In this document: in pieces, positions 13,961 through 29,544 of the stretch
Numbering within the stretch: position 1 is the first letter of the stretch
Layout of the letters: each line of letters starts with the position of its first letter
Origin: the human T2T-CHM13v2.0 reference genome, Homo sapiens
DNA: 64,000 nucleotides
Assembly: GCF_009914755.1 (NCBI RefSeq)
Contig: NC_060925.1
Strand: one strand, 5' to 3'
Translations under genes and position numbers: made by a program
Notes under the pieces: generated by a model
The model's input: the letters and a program-made list of their open reading frames with translations, nothing else
Told to the model about the DNA's origin: nothing
The model's database searches: none

Positions 13961-16900
13961 ATCTTCCTCTTTCCTTCCCCAATTCCCCCTGTCTTTTGAT
14001 GTCTAATGCAATGCTCTTTTCACTGTCCCACACTCGGACTTGACAGCCCTTCAGCCATATCCTTCTGGAGAGAGTCCTGGCTGGCAGCCAGCCTGCCTCA
14101 TCATGTTGAGTTATGAGAGTGAATGGGAAGTTAGTGGGTTGCTTACTCCATTGTTAGTTCCTTCCTTCCCTTCTTTTACCAGCTCCAGGCTATAGAAAAA
14201 TTATGTGGGTTCTCCTTCCCAGGAGAGCTTGAAAAACAGGACACCAGCTCACCTGTCTGCTCTTGCTTCCTGGTAGCCTGCTGCTGGGGAGGGGTGGGAA
14301 TGAGCAGGAGGTGGTGGGGTGGTGGACTAGGCGACCTCTAGAGGATGCTCTACTTCTGTATCGTCTGCTCAGTCTCGATCTCCTTAGAAACCAGCTAGCT
14401 CTCTGCTGCCTAGTTGCAGTTCCCCAAGGCTTTAAGCAGTCTGAATTCCATATCTGATGAATGAATCCCAAAGGTGTTGAAGATCCCAGTTCTGAAAAAT
14501 GAGCAAACCCCAAGTTTTATAATAGAAACTTTCATAGCAGATCGGGTCCTAGACAGATCCCTCCCTCTGTAACTGAGTTAGGTTTTGAGGGGAGATATCC
14601 CCCATTATACTGTTCCTAAATCCTAGATTTTGACTGTAGTGTTCGGGACATTCCGGAGAGTCACATTGTTTACCCAGGTGCTGGACCAGAGTTGCTCCCC
14701 GGCGTTGCTGTGTGGCATCCAGCAAAGGCAGGTTGGGAGCCTGCTCCTTTTCATAGCCAGCTTTGCCTCCATACCAGCAAGATGGAAGATAGGTGCCTTC
14801 ACTAAGCCCCTCAGGTGGCCACAGGATATGATCCAGAATGGTGGTCTCTACTTTTCTATTTGCTCCTATTTAGCCACCCAGTTTGGGAGTAGCCCTGTGT
14901 ATTATGATTATCTCTTTCATTCATTTTGGGCTATTTGAGTTTTTAGGGCCCTTTCCTATCCATTATCTCCTGTTCTCAATAAGTCTGATATCTTCTGTTA
15001 GAGTAAAAGCTCCATCTCCTCTGATCTAAGACAGCTGCAAGGACAGGACAGACTCAGATTTCTTCTCTGCAAAGGCTCCTGTTAAATCTTGGGCCCTATG
15101 GTATTGATTTTCTTCTAGTTATCTCTACAAATTTTTCTGGCTTTGCTGAAGGGGGAAAAAATCACCAGACTGCATGCTTGAGCTTCAGGTTTCTCCTTAG
15201 CTGGCAGCCTCAACCAGAAAAAAATTCTTTTTGAGAGCACTGAGCCTCAGGCACTGGTTTTGCCCTGTACTCCCCAGTGTCTAACTCTTAACAGCTGTTG
15301 GCCATCCCTGGCCTCCATCTTTACTTTGCTGCATACCTCAGCTTGATGAGTCCTTGATGTTGACTCCTTGACCTTACTGCCATCTTCTTTCCCCTGCAGG
15401 GGCCTCTTGAACTATGGGGAGCTTAGAAAACAGTGGGCTTCCTGTGTTTTGTCTACCAGCAAAGCTGGGTACCTGAATCCCCATGTCACAGTGCTGCATG
15501 GCTGACTCCAGTATTCTTCAGGAGACACAGTAGCAGGAACAGAGACTTAGTTGAAAGCCCCAAGTGTGTATATCTGAAGTGTTTGTACAAAGATGGGGGC
15601 AGAGAGCTGCTCATGTCTGCAAAGAGGGACAGTCCCACTTTTGCAGAGGTGACAGTCCACAGCAATGCTGTCTCTTCCATTTCTCATTGGGGTTAGGTTT
15701 CCAAAGGTCCATGAAGGTTTTATTCGTTTTTGTGCCCCAAGAGAGCTTTCCATAGTAATGAAAGAAATGTTAAGAACTGCAGGAAATGGGTAAGATTATA
15801 GATGGCCAAGGAAAGTGGCAAGGAACAAAAAAAGACAATGTATTTTAAAGGAAAACTTTTTGGAGCTATTTCATGGATGCTGCTGGTCACCTGGGGAAAT
15901 CTTGGATTTATTTGACAGTTCCCATTTTCCACTTAGGCTTCATGTATACATGGGTTTGGGAGCTAGGAAGGGGAATAATACCCTCCCCAAAGAGCTGTGG
16001 CTGAGCTCCCAGTCCCCAGGACCAAATTGAGCTGTTGCAGCTGGGAAGCAGATTGGTGCAGCCCTCCCCAAAATGCTCACAGCCCTGTGGTTATTTCCTG
16101 TCTTTTTCCCCTTGTATATTCCTCTTTGCAGCTTGTATCTTCCCTTTCTACAGGAAATCTCAACCGCCTAGCCCATGGGCCTGGTTGGGCTGCTGTCTCC
16201 TTCCTTTATTCTTCATAGCCCTTAATCACTTCTCATTAGTGGACTCCCTGGGAGGGAGGGAAGAAGGGTTTTGTTCTGATGCCAGCCTCCTGGAAGGGCT
16301 GTATCCCACCAAGACAGATGGCTGCCTAGCCTATTTTTAACTGTCTCTGGGGAAGAAGATTCCACAACCTATTTTGAAACCTGTTTCATTGATTGACAGC
16401 TTTCCAGTTAGGAATTTCTTGCTGATACCTGACTTAAAATTTGACAGCTATAGTTGAAACTCATTTCCTTTTGTTTCTTTGAAATCATAGAGTTTGGGAA
16501 AGAGAGGGATTTTAATTAGAAGTCGTCTAGGCCTACCCCTAATGAAGAAATTAAGTTGAAGTTGAAACTGAAAATGCCTCCTCATCTTCTCATTGAGGAT
16601 CCCATCAGTTTTGGGGTCTGCCTTTGAAATCACACATTTGGGTACCATTCTGTAGGAATCAATTTAATTTTCAGGGGAAAAAAAGTGTTCTGGAGCTGGA
16701 AGTTTAGAGCGCAAGTAAGTCGTTAATACGACTTACTCTATTTTGTTTGTAGTGAGAAAGTTAAATGGTGCTTATAGAATTACCTTGCCTCTATTGGCAG
16801 AGAGTAAAAATAAACTGAGCTCTCAATATACAAAGACTTCCCCAGTTCTTTTCCTTTCGCTCATATCAATGCCTGTCTTTAAAGAAAAAAAGAGGGTTAT

Positions 16901-17734
16901 TTTTCTCTCCTCCATCAGTGGGATTCTCTGTATTTTAAATATCTTTTTTAAGACTAATGTCAGGTGACTCAAATTCCACTGAAGTCTCTCTTTTTAGTTG
17001 TCTTTCTGCTGCTGCAGACTTCTCTTGACATGAGACTCTGTGCTGCTTCTCTTGACAGACTGCATCTCGATGGCAGAACACTGGTAAGAAGCTAATGATG
17101 TTGGTTCTGTTTCAGTGTGTGGAATCTTGTTATGTGGTATAGAAGTCCAGCATTCTAGGCAAATAAACCGAAAGGTATTAGACTGACTATAAAGGGGTCT
17201 TGGGAAGGGATCTTACTCCTCTTTGATAGTTGGTACTTGTACCTTTTCTCAACACCTGCGACATTTTCTTTTTCCAGAGATAGCATCACATGTCAAGGTG
17301 GAACATCAGATGCTTGGATCAACCAATGAGTTGTATCCAGACCTGTGACCAAAACTGAGGTGGCATTTGGGATATCATTCACCTTTTGGTCTGTGCTTCA
17401 GGCCATGAGTAGTTAGTGTATAGCGCATGTTCACAGGCATTAGCATCTCAGTCTTTTGAAATATGGCTAAAATTTAGTATTCCACCTGCACTTGATCTAC
17501 TTGAGAAGTATTTAACAGGTCTATTTTATAAAATCCCAAGGCAGCCTTTTCTGCTACCTGCTTGGATTGGGCTGCATGAATATAAACTCATTTTGCTATC
17601 AGCCTGAGAAATAGGCAGGTATACTGGAAACACCTTCTTATCTGGGGCAATTGGACTAGTAATTGGTCAGTTAATTCCAAAAGTCAGTTAAAACAGAGAG
17701 TCTTTAAAAACGAAGACAAAACTGTTCTCAAGCA

Positions 17735-17873
17735 TTTTATTTATTTTAATTTTTTTTTGAGACAGGGTCTCTCTATTATTGCCCCAGCTGGTCTCTAACT
17801 CCTGGGCTCAAGCCATCCTACAGTCTCAGCCTCCTGAGTAGCTGGGATTACAGGCACATGTCATCATCTAGCT
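17735..17873 (-). mobile_element. FLAM monomer with TSD
   Basis: Single arm flanked by agcattttattt on both sides. Confidence 0.85.
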
Positions 17874-17906
17874 AGCATTTTATTTTAACTTAAAAATATG
17901 TAAATG

Positions 17907-18194
<288 letters not shown>

Positions 18195-18759
18195 TCAAGT
18201 AGAGTTCAGTTGACTTTCTTTCATAAATTATACACTTAACATTTGATCTGTGATTTCCAGTTTAAGTGAACCAAGTTCTTAAATACATTTGAGAAATGAA
18301 GGGCAGAATTCTTCCAGATTTTTAAGCTCCACCACTACAACCTTTTACTGTTGTCTTGCCCATATCTAATTCAGGAGGAATTTTTTTTAGCAACTTGCCT
18401 TCAAATTTCTTCCAAGCATTCAACCTCTTTTTCATAGAAATAACTTTTTTATACTCATATTTCACTTGTTTGTATTATATAAGAATTTAATATGTAATTA
18501 AAATAACAAGTATACCTAGCGTGAACTAACTACTGACCCTGAAGCAGCCAACCTGGCTGGTGGGAGTAGATGTGAGTAATACACAACCAGCCTCCAGTGT
18601 GCTATGCAACTCAGCCAGTTTATTTTGAAGAGAAGTTGGTATGTCACATAAGCTGGCAAGTCAGTTAAGAAAGTATCACCCGTATGTTTCTCTCCTTTTT
18701 GCCTCTACTGATTGCTATGGGATTTTTATCTTAGCACCTGTTATCATAATTCCTCTATT

Positions 18760-18860
18760 AAACTATAAGCTTTTGGATGGCAGGGCCCTTTTCTTACTTA
18801 TGTGTGTATCTCCAGTGTCTCCTGATATAGTGTCTGGCCTATAGTAGGTGCTCAGAAGTA
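18760..18860 (+). mobile_element. L2 3' end
   Basis: aactataagcttttggatggcaggg...gtctggcctatagtaggtgctca. Confidence 0.7.
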
Positions 18861-20235
18861 CTAACTAGACATATATATGTCTTAGTTCAGTGCTATATAT
18901 TTGTTGGTGCCAAACAGCTCTTTATTGAATAGATGGATATATGTATGTATTACTGCACATAATGTACTCAAAATCCAAATGAGAACCTATAGAGTATCTA
19001 TTTTTTAGGATTTTTGCCATACTGGTTCCTTGTGTTTGCATGAAAAACTGAAAATTGACTGTGGAGCTTTTAGGCTTGGGTTGGAACAATATGTATTTTA
19101 GAAAGATTACTCTCTTAATAATAACTACAACTCATTCTTAGAATAATAAAAATCATATCAGTACTAAGTAATATTTATCAACTGCTTACTGTGTGCCAGG
19201 CAGTATGCTAAGTGTGTATGTTATCTTAGTTCATATCTACAGCCCTGAAAGAAGACACAACAAGGCATGTTGTGTTATTATTTCCATTTATAGATGAGGT
19301 CTCTTTGGGAGCCAGCAAGGAGGTGGTACAAGGTCTAATCTTTGAACAGTTGAGAAATGGGTAGTTTGTTTTCATAGTGCTGCTTCTTATTTTCAAGGTT
19401 GAGGGCCCTTCTAGGCGAGGTGAAAGGAACCCTTAAATCTAGAGACTGCCTAGAGGGAGAAACTGACACTTACTTTTGGCTTTCTGGGAACCAGGGTAGG
19501 TCCTCTCTTAATTGAAGAGAATTAATAGGATCCTGTGGCTGGGCATTGGGCAGAGTGTTTGAATAGCTGCTGGCCATGGTAGGTAAAGCCAAAGTGGCAG
19601 TGAAAACAAGCTACTGTGGGACATTAGACCCTGCCTGTCACTTTTCTTCCCAGGCCACTCACTTGTTGGAGGGCCCTTCTGAAACTCCTCTTGCTCTGTA
19701 GTCTGGATGCTTGTGAACAAGCTGCTTGCAGGTGCCGAAACAAACAGCAGTGTGGGTCTCAGGGCCTGGGCTTGGAAGCTGGGCAGAGGGTGGAAGGGCT
19801 CCATTTGGGAGCAGTGTTGATGGAAGTGATTTTTCTAGCTGAGGTGCGAGGTTGGTTCTGAGCTGAATTTAAGAGAAGGCTATGGTCTTTTGTCCTTCCA
19901 CACTTTTGGGACCCAGCAGATACTACAAATGCAATCTTTACAAACCCACTCACTGCCAGAAATGAATCTAAAAAAGTGCTAGTCTGTGGGCCTCTTGGTC
20001 AGGAAGGTGACAGCAGTGGCAACAGCAGAAAAACCAATCAAACAAACAAAATGCCTGTGGGCTGGCAAACAGAATTTCTTTGCAAGGTTAATTCTGAATG
20101 TCAGACTCTTTCCTTTTTTGTAGGTTGGAAGGAGGCAGCAGCAAAGGGAAAGAGATAGCAGTTGGAGGCCACCTTCTTTAGTCCCCCTTCCCCAAAGAAG
20201 AGCCGTAGCTAGTATTGTGGTTGGCATTAAATTGA

Positions 20236-20571
<336 letters not shown>

Positions 20572-20793
20572 TGAAAAGATTTTTGATGTACTTTTTAGCC
20601 AGAGGGAGTTTATGCTGCTGTGTGGCCAGTTTTTCCACATGTCTGCAACAGTTACAATTTTTGACAGATATCTTGAGAAGATTATAGATTTTGATAGAGG
20701 CAGTAACTTTATTAGCAAGACTGATTTCATATTAGAATGAAATCTCTGGGTCTTTTTTGGATTACTTTATGTTCCTTAAAAAGAAAGACATTG

Positions 20794-21155
<362 letters not shown>

Positions 21156-21474
21156 TCAGGAATTCTAGACTAGGGAGAGAATTTTGCAGTGCTTTTGAGC
21201 ATGTCTGTGTAAATGTGCTGTACTCATCACTATAGAATGGTTCTCCAGTTTGGCTGTAAACTCATGGAGCTGGCTCCTTGAAATGCTAGCGTCCTAGCCA
21301 TGCAAGCATGCAAGCAAACAGAATTTGTTCACACCTAGGCCATATGTGGATGTCACTCTTCTTCAGTTTCATATCCAGTTTCTGCTTGCCTGAGCTAGAA
21401 ATGAAGTCATCCAGCACTCACAAAACCTCTGGCCTTAGAGGCTTAAAAACAAAAACAAAACAAACATAGCAACT

Positions 21475-21630
21475 ATCCCATACCACCTTAGTGAGGTGGA
21501 TATTATTGTCCTCTTTTCAGAAGTGAGGAAACTAAGGCTCAGAAATTAAGATATGTGCTCATGGTCACACAGGTCCTAGGAACTGGGATCCAGGATCCCA
21601 AAGTCTGCCTCTAAAGCCTATGCTTTTCCC
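21475..21630 (-). mobile_element. MIR
   Basis: attattgtcctcttttcagaagtgaggaaactaaggctcaga...ggtcacacag. Confidence 0.75.
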
Positions 21631-21712
21631 ATAGGGCTGCTGAACCTGACCTTTGCACTTTGCCATTTATGTTACTTCTTCCATTCCTTGGAAGTAAATT
21701 GAAATGGGTTTG

Positions 21713-22028
21713 GGTTGGCGCTGTGGCTCACACCTGTAATCCCACCACTTTGGGAGGCTGAGGTGGGTGGATTGCTTGAACCCAGGAGATCGAGAGCAGC
21801 CTGGGCAACATAAGGAGACCCCATCTCTACAGATAATTTAAAAATTAGCTGGACTTGGTGGCGCCCAACTGTGGTCGCAGGTACTTGGGAGGCTGAGGCA
21901 GGAGGATCACCTAAGCCCGGAAGGTCGAGGCTACGGTGCTGTAATCATGCCTCTACACTCTGGCCTGGGTGAAAGAGCAAGACCCTGTCTCAAAAACAAG
22001 CTAACAAAAAAACCCCTAAAAAACAAAA
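21713..22028 (+). mobile_element. AluJ with 12-bp TSD
   Basis: Diverged dimer; TSD gaaatgggtttg at 21701-21712 and 22029-22040. Confidence 0.92.
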
Positions 22029-22712
22029 GAAATGGGTTTGAGAGAGAAGAAGAGAAAGAAACTTAACTGTGGGTGTTCATAGTTAGGTACTAGTGGAGGA
22101 CCACCTACCATCAGACGGGAGTGGCTAGCCCTTGTTTTCATTTATGCAGACAGACTTCCTTTTCTACCTCTGCTGGTTATACCAGGTACAAATAGGGATG
22201 CTGCAGTAGAGCAGAGGAGCTAAACGTGGCTTCCTCTGACTTACATAATAAAATAAGAATCTCCCCAATGGCCCTTTCCTGTCTGCTGGTCTCTGTGATG
22301 AAGTGGGCCACCCTAGGGACAGCTTCACTTAAGGGCCTCCCCAGGGTTATCAGGTCCACAAAGGGTCTTGGGATCAAATGTACAGCTAAATTGATGAGAT
22401 CAATTCATTAAGATAAAGACTTCTTCTTCCGAAGCAGTATGGTGCTTGGGTCAGTGTCTCTTTAGAAATTAATGTATAGATAAAATATTTCATATTAGGG
22501 AGAGCTCTGTGCTGCCCTTTCCCAAAGCTTTGGTTATTTGATGGGAGGGAAAGTCTTCTCGAACCTATGTCAGAATATTCCGCTTTGAAAGATGAGGGTT
22601 TTTCTTGAGGCTAGTTTTGTACCTGCTGTTTCTTTTAGAAATGATTGCTTTATGGATTTAAAAGGTGACCCAAATGACTTTTTTATTATTATTATTTTTT
22701 AATGCTGGGAGG

Positions 22713-22716
<4 letters not shown>

Positions 22717-22764
<48 letters not shown>
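22717..22764. repeat. (TG)24 microsatellite
   Basis: Pure TG run directly visible. Confidence 0.98.
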
Positions 22765-22768
<4 letters not shown>

Positions 22769-25084
22769 ATCTCCTTCAACTCTGACCACCTGGAAGTCAG
22801 CCTAATCTCTGCCCTCGTGTTGATCTTTAATTCAACATTTAATTACCTATCTTGGTATCCATATGAATTTGATTGTTTTTTTGGCTTTTTTTGAACTCAT
22901 AAAAGGTATCCAAGTTCCTGGAGGGCATAGTGCCCATCTCCTCCCATCCACCAGTGGACATTCTTTTCCAAAAGACACATGGCAAGTACCCCTCACACCT
23001 GAGCTGTGGTGGTTTGGGTTTGTCCCCTTTGCTTTTGTTTGCAGAACACCTTTTACTCCTTTTGCACTTGATGGTTCTGTTGTACTTGTAAGGAAAATCA
23101 GTTGAAATAAAAAGATATTAAATTGAGAGACAAAAAGATGTTGCCACACTCCCAGTTAGAGGCAGACTTTAGTCTATATTTTCAGATTTATTTTGATTAT
23201 AAAGTGTAGTCTCCCCCCGCCACCCCCTGTCTGCTTTTCTTTGTAGTTCTGTAATCAGGAGTCTGTTATTCTCTTTCCAATGCTATAATTAATAGTCTGG
23301 TCTAAAATATAAAAACCTCAAAGTTATTAATGGAAATGTCACTACTCACCTCATTTTTACAGAGGCCGCTTGGCCTCTAAGTCATTGAGTCTTTGGACAA
23401 ACTTCATTTAGCATTGACTATGTGCAAGAGCTGTGCTGTATGCTGGGGATTTAAAGACAAAGAAATACAGTTTCTGCCTCTGAGCGTGCATCATCTCACT
23501 GGTGAGGCTCACATACAAACAAACAGGCAGAATTCAGTGTAATTGAGAAATGTTGTAATTGAGTTATATATAGGGTTCTTATTTTGCACGTCTCTGTAGA
23601 GTAGTAGTTTCCATACTGTGCGGTATTTGCCTGTTCACTTGCCTGTTCCTTTGTGAGCTCTCGAGGGCCAGGAACAAATATGGATATAAACATGGAACCA
23701 TGAGCGAATAGATGTTTCTTATCAATGCTCGGCCTGTCTTACGAGGTGTTCCATAGTGGAACCACCTGGGAAACAATTGATTTTGCATTCTTGTTTGTTA
23801 GCTAAATGCCTGATTTGCTTTTTAGGATTCTTTTAGGTTAAATCATATGAAATTACCATTTTGTTGATAATTTCACATGGTTCCATGTAATAAAAAGAGA
23901 TCAATTTTACAGACTTCTGGTTTTAGGTCATGCACAGAGGTGAAGTTCTGCACAGGTACTGGGCATCCTATATGTATTTCCACTAGGTTACTATTTCCGA
24001 GTGTGAGTCTCTATTTGGAACTTCAGAGAGGGAGCCTGTGGCCCAGCTACTCCTGTGTCACTCAGCTCTGGAGTGGAATTCTTCTAGGTAGTGCCTGTTT
24101 GTAGACTGGACAGGGAATAAAACCACTACTCTGTGCCCGTTTATAAATATTTGCATTTACCTTAGAGAATGTACAAGACCCGGGCTTCATGCGTGTGTGA
24201 GAGAAAATAGCAAGTGAAAAGGATGTGTACACAGCAGCATGAATGGGGTGCTATTCTTAGCTGGGTCTCTAACCTAGAGAACAGGAAACAAGATGCTTCT
24301 GAATGTGGACTATGGCTGCCCTATGCTAGAGCCAAGAGGCTTCGAGTCATAGGGAAACTCATGACAGTTGCTAGTGTCCTTCAGACCTTCCTCTTTTGTA
24401 GAAAGTTTCATTCTTTGTGTGTCTCAGACTGAGATGGAGGAGGGGTGACTCTGTTTTCTAAGGGATCTAGAGAGAAAGGGCAGATGTAGTCTTGAGCAGT
24501 GGGCTTCTCAGCTGTGCTGCTTCTTCCACGGAGACCATCTGGATCTACTCGGTTGATGGAGCAGCTCCTCTCATTCTGAGTGGGTTTAGCATTTGAGAAA
24601 TAGAGGGGCACCTTGGCTGACTGGACTAAACCTTCTTTGGCAATTTATAATAAATGCTCTCTGATTTATTGTTTATTCTTTCACATTGAGGTTGAACCTG
24701 ATTTGCCTTTGAAAGTTAAGAGCAGGACTAGGACTAGAACTAGAAATGCCTGATGTATACTGTAGCACACAGTGGAGCGCTGTCCACTTTTTAGTCACTT
24801 GGTGACTACCGATTAATTGATTTGAATATATCAATGTCTGGCAGTTGGACCAATTACTCAGCTTCCCAATCTGATGGTGTGGTTGATAGAAATGTTTCCT
24901 GGTGGCATTTTCCCACAGGATTAGGATGGTGGTGGCATTAGCCAGGATCTCTTTTGTCACTGCCACTGTTACTGAATGATCTGTATTTTGAACTTTCTTG
25001 ACTTAGTATAGTATTATACATCCAGCCCTTACCCTAAATGCTTATTATTTAATATTGACAACTTACAGGTTAATGTTTTAAAAC

Positions 25085-25485
<401 letters not shown>

Positions 25486-26859
25486 TAAACCATTTAATTT
25501 CTCCATTTCTCTAAATGGGAAAAAAAATTTGTTTTTGTTTCTTTTTTACTCAGAACACCAAGCCCATTCAGCCACCTCAAAAGAGGTTATAGCCAGGGCG
25601 CCCCTCTTAGAAGAAAAGACTTTTTTTTTTTTTCCTTAAGATTGGTGCATGGAAGCTTAGAGCCTCATTTCACCACCTCTCCTGATTTGATATAGATTTA
25701 TGAGAAATGAATATAGGGAAAATACTGGCTGTAGACTTGACAACTGTTAACTTGGTGAACAGCATGTTCTTGTTTATGTTAACTGTGTACTTTGACTGTT
25801 CAAGATCCCCATTACTTTTCACTTGTCATGCCACATCATTGCTGCAAGTTAGCCTCCTTAGATAAGATACATGGCAGTTAGCTATCTTCACCTGATGGGG
25901 AGGAATAGGGTAGAGAAAAGAATGTGACCAGCTGTTGTCAGCTTCTCCGTGGAAGTGGTAACCATGTCAGAGCCAGGCCCTGGAGACCTGGCTTGGAAAA
26001 GAATGAAGTTTTCCTACTAGGAACTTCTGTAGAGCCCTAGACCTTTCCATCTTAGTGCCGAGTTAAATGAGTCACGTAGACTTCAGGTAAAGTCATTTCC
26101 AAGGGATTGTGAGAATGTGCCCAGGTTGGTTTGGACTGTGTCACACTTACTTGTACTGGCTTATCTTTGCTACTAATTTTTTTGTGTGTGTTATTGTTCT
26201 TCTAACTATTGTTGATGATTTGAGTGATGCGAAAGATTTTGATGATGGTAACTTTCTATAAGAGATGTAGAAGCAAGAGGCCCAGAGAATTGATCTTGCC
26301 CTTCATCTGACACATTGTGACCAGTTTGTTGAACATGATAAGGCCTGGAATTGTCACTTCGAATGTCTTCTTAATCTGGGAAATTTGAAGAGGTCTGCAG
26401 CAGGGAGGCTGGTCAGGGAAGTAACTTTGCAAAATAAAATCTTCATACTGATGCAATCCCAGAGAACTTGCCTTTGGGTTTGTGATTGCAAAGTGTTGAA
26501 TCAGTCTTTGGTGTGGATACAGAATATTTGAAGCTAGTTGAAGTGTAGGGGTGTTGGGACAGGAGAAATGATGAGATGAAGTCTTATCAGAGGCTGAAGG
26601 TCACCGGATATTTTCCTAGTAAAGGTTCCTTTGATGTGGAATTTATCCATTTAGCCCACCTAATTGGAGTTATCTGGTTTCTGTCCCTGAAGATTCTGCT
26701 GTTGGCCCTGGACTACTTAATTCTGTTTGCTCACCAAATCGGTGACATAAGTTACAAGTTATGAGATTTAATGTTTAGAGTATGGTTTTGGATTATAGGC
26801 TCCTTGCATTCTTAAGTTAGCAGAAGGAAACCAAGAGAAGCAGCATGGTACAAACAAAA

Positions 26860-27090
26860 CCCCAAACAAGTGCTAATGTCAGAGAGACCTGGGTTCAAAT
26901 CCTAGCTATGCCACATATAAGTTTTATCATGAGAGTAAATTGCGTAATCTCCCAGAACCTCAGTGTTCTTGTTGCTAAATGTGCACAAAATAACTGGCTA
27001 TCTTATAGAGACGTTGTGAAGTTAGAGTGAGTGAAGGTGACATGCCTAGTAAGGACCTGGCACGTAGAAGCACACAATCAGCTTTAACTG
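26860..27090 (+). mobile_element. MIR
   Basis: gtcagagagacctgggttcaaatcctagct...cctcagtgttctt...cctggcacgtag. Confidence 0.8.
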
Positions 27091-28359
27091 TTTCTGTTAT
27101 TAGCAGTGGACTTAGCACTGTATAAATCTGTCCCTCCATGCTTCCCACTTGCCCATTTGTCAAATGGACTTGACATTCCTTACTCAGTGGTTGACAGGGA
27201 GCCAAGTGATATATCTGAGCTGTTGAGGATGGATGTGTATCTCAAGATCCTGGCATTCAGACTGGGGCTCTACAAGTCACACTATATTTGCAAGTTGTAG
27301 CAGAACTATATTAAAAACATGCCCTGCCTGTTTCCCCTCGTTGGTCCTCCCATTCAGAGAGGGGCTTTCTGGCCTTGTGCTTTAAATAGTCCTCAGACGG
27401 TAATGTGGATAGTAGATGAACACAATTCTTGTGAATCCATTTGCCTTGTGCTTGGGAGTTCTATTCTTAGACCACAATCACCGGAATAGAAAGCCTCCGA
27501 CCCCACATCTGAACTGAAGCCATGTGGGCCTGGCTAATGGATTTCTTTGGGAAGCTGGGACAAAGGACCGGGTCTGCTTCTGTCATTGACTAGGCCAGGT
27601 ATGGAGCAGTCCATTAGAAACCAGTCTCCTCCCAATTGTCTGGAGTTTATGAGCCTGGCTTACCTGGGATCATTTTCATGTTACGATCCTAATTAAAGTT
27701 CAGCCTGTTTACTCTGCTCCAGTCAAGGAGTTACAGGGGGAATCAAGGCAGATAAGATGTTTATGGGTGAACCCTGTTTCATTTTCCTCGGATCCACAAT
27801 TAAAGAATTAACAGCACTTGTTATTTATTGAGCAGAACCGTGGGCGGGAGGAGGGCTTTAGTGCTTGTTTTGCTGCTTCTGTGAGCCCAGGGCTGCGCCA
27901 GCAGCATTTCACTTTTAATCCTTAGTATTGTTAGGCCTATACTTCCACCTATAGAGGTGGCAATTGAGGATCTTGACTTGCCCAGGGGTTCATGATCACG
28001 AACCTTCTACTACTTCATACCTTGAACACCATCTCTTCTAATAGATGGGCAACAATATGGTCATTTCTTGTGAAGATACTGGTGACTTAAAAGCATTACT
28101 AAATGTTTATTAAACACTTGAATATAGTAATTATGTATGTGAGAATGGATTCACATCTAGGGCTCCTGACAGTATCTGTCAAGATGCTGGCCCCAAACCC
28201 TGAGTTTGTCATGTTATGTGGGCATATTTGGTTGCCCAACTCTGAAGCCAAATGATGCCAGGGAGAGGGAGCCTCCATACTGTGGGGGTGTTTCTAAGAG
28301 CAGCCTGGTCCTTAATTATCTTACTAAAGACAGTGTCCTCTGTGATCTCAGACTCATAA

Positions 28360-28540
28360 CATCCCTGTTAAGATAGGAGGGGGCTGAAATCATTTGTTCT
28401 CCTTCACATTGAGGGGAGACTCAGGCACAGATGAGAGACAGAGGCAGAGAAGTTAAATAATTAGTCCAAGGTCACATCAAATGATTTCCAACTCAGCTGA
28501 TGAATCTGTCTAGGTCTCGGTCTCCAAATATTGCAGCTTC
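28360..28540 (-). mobile_element. MIR
   Basis: cagatgagagacagaggcagagaagttaaataattagtccaaggtcaca. Confidence 0.7.
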
Positions 28541-29544
28541 CCTTACAATGTAATTTGATCTCAAACACTTTACGTGTCTTATTTTTCTTCCTCCTTTTTC
28601 TATTTTGGTAAATAAGATGTTTTTTACACCTACTGCCAGATTAATGTTGGGTTTTAATTTAGCCCTTCAAGATGATCAATGACTTAACCGAGGAAACTGC
28701 TGCCAGAATGTAGTTTATAATGTACCTTTTTTCCTATACTCGGTTTTCTGCTTCTGTATTTTGTACATTGTCAGTCTCTGTGGGTTAAGAACTTTGGGAC
28801 TCTCAAGGGTCATCTTGACAGAGGAGCTTCTGCAGTTGGGAATTGTTACCTTTCTCAGAGCAGTGCTATTGGGAAAAAAAAATCTAGGCATTTTTGTTCT
28901 CAGCTTCACAGAGGAAGTGAAGCACATTCAAGAGTAGCCCATTGGCTTCTCGTATAGGAATAGTATAGATTTGGCTTATTTTATTCCTTGCTTATTATAA
29001 TATTATTATTCATAAGCATACCTTTTCAGTTACCCTCATGATTTACTATCTGTAAGAGCATAAGCTTACTGTTTGTGTAATATTTGTCCCTGTATTTTAG
29101 ATGGGAGTTGCTGAGGTGGTATAAGGTTTGGTAACTGCATCCGGCCTCTCAGGGAAATAACCAAGTTGTTCAGATTCTTAGCTGTATTATGTGAAGTTGT
29201 TTGTCAGCTTCATTGCTTACTACTGTGAAATAAGTTATAAAGAGGAACTTTTAATAAAAATAAATGGATTCACTCAGGGGAGGGGTATTCATTGTTGGTG
29301 AAATATGTCGAGGACCAGATGCTTTTTGGTCTCCCAAAGACCTATCAAACTGCAGATCTTTTGGCTTTGTAATATATTCAGTTCCACATTTATTCATTCA
29401 AGATTTTTGTGTCCTCATTATGTGCCAAGTACTGGGTTGGACACTACGTGACAGAGATGAACAAATCCCTAATCTTGGGATTTCACAGTGGATGTTGGAA
29501 TTTAGTACCGTTTAGCTTCATTAGGTTCTGCAGTAGTCCCAAGA

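Noticed and set aside
16724-16741. taatacgacttactctat resembles the T7 promoter (15/18)
   Set aside because: Three mismatches and no vector context; treated as chance similarity
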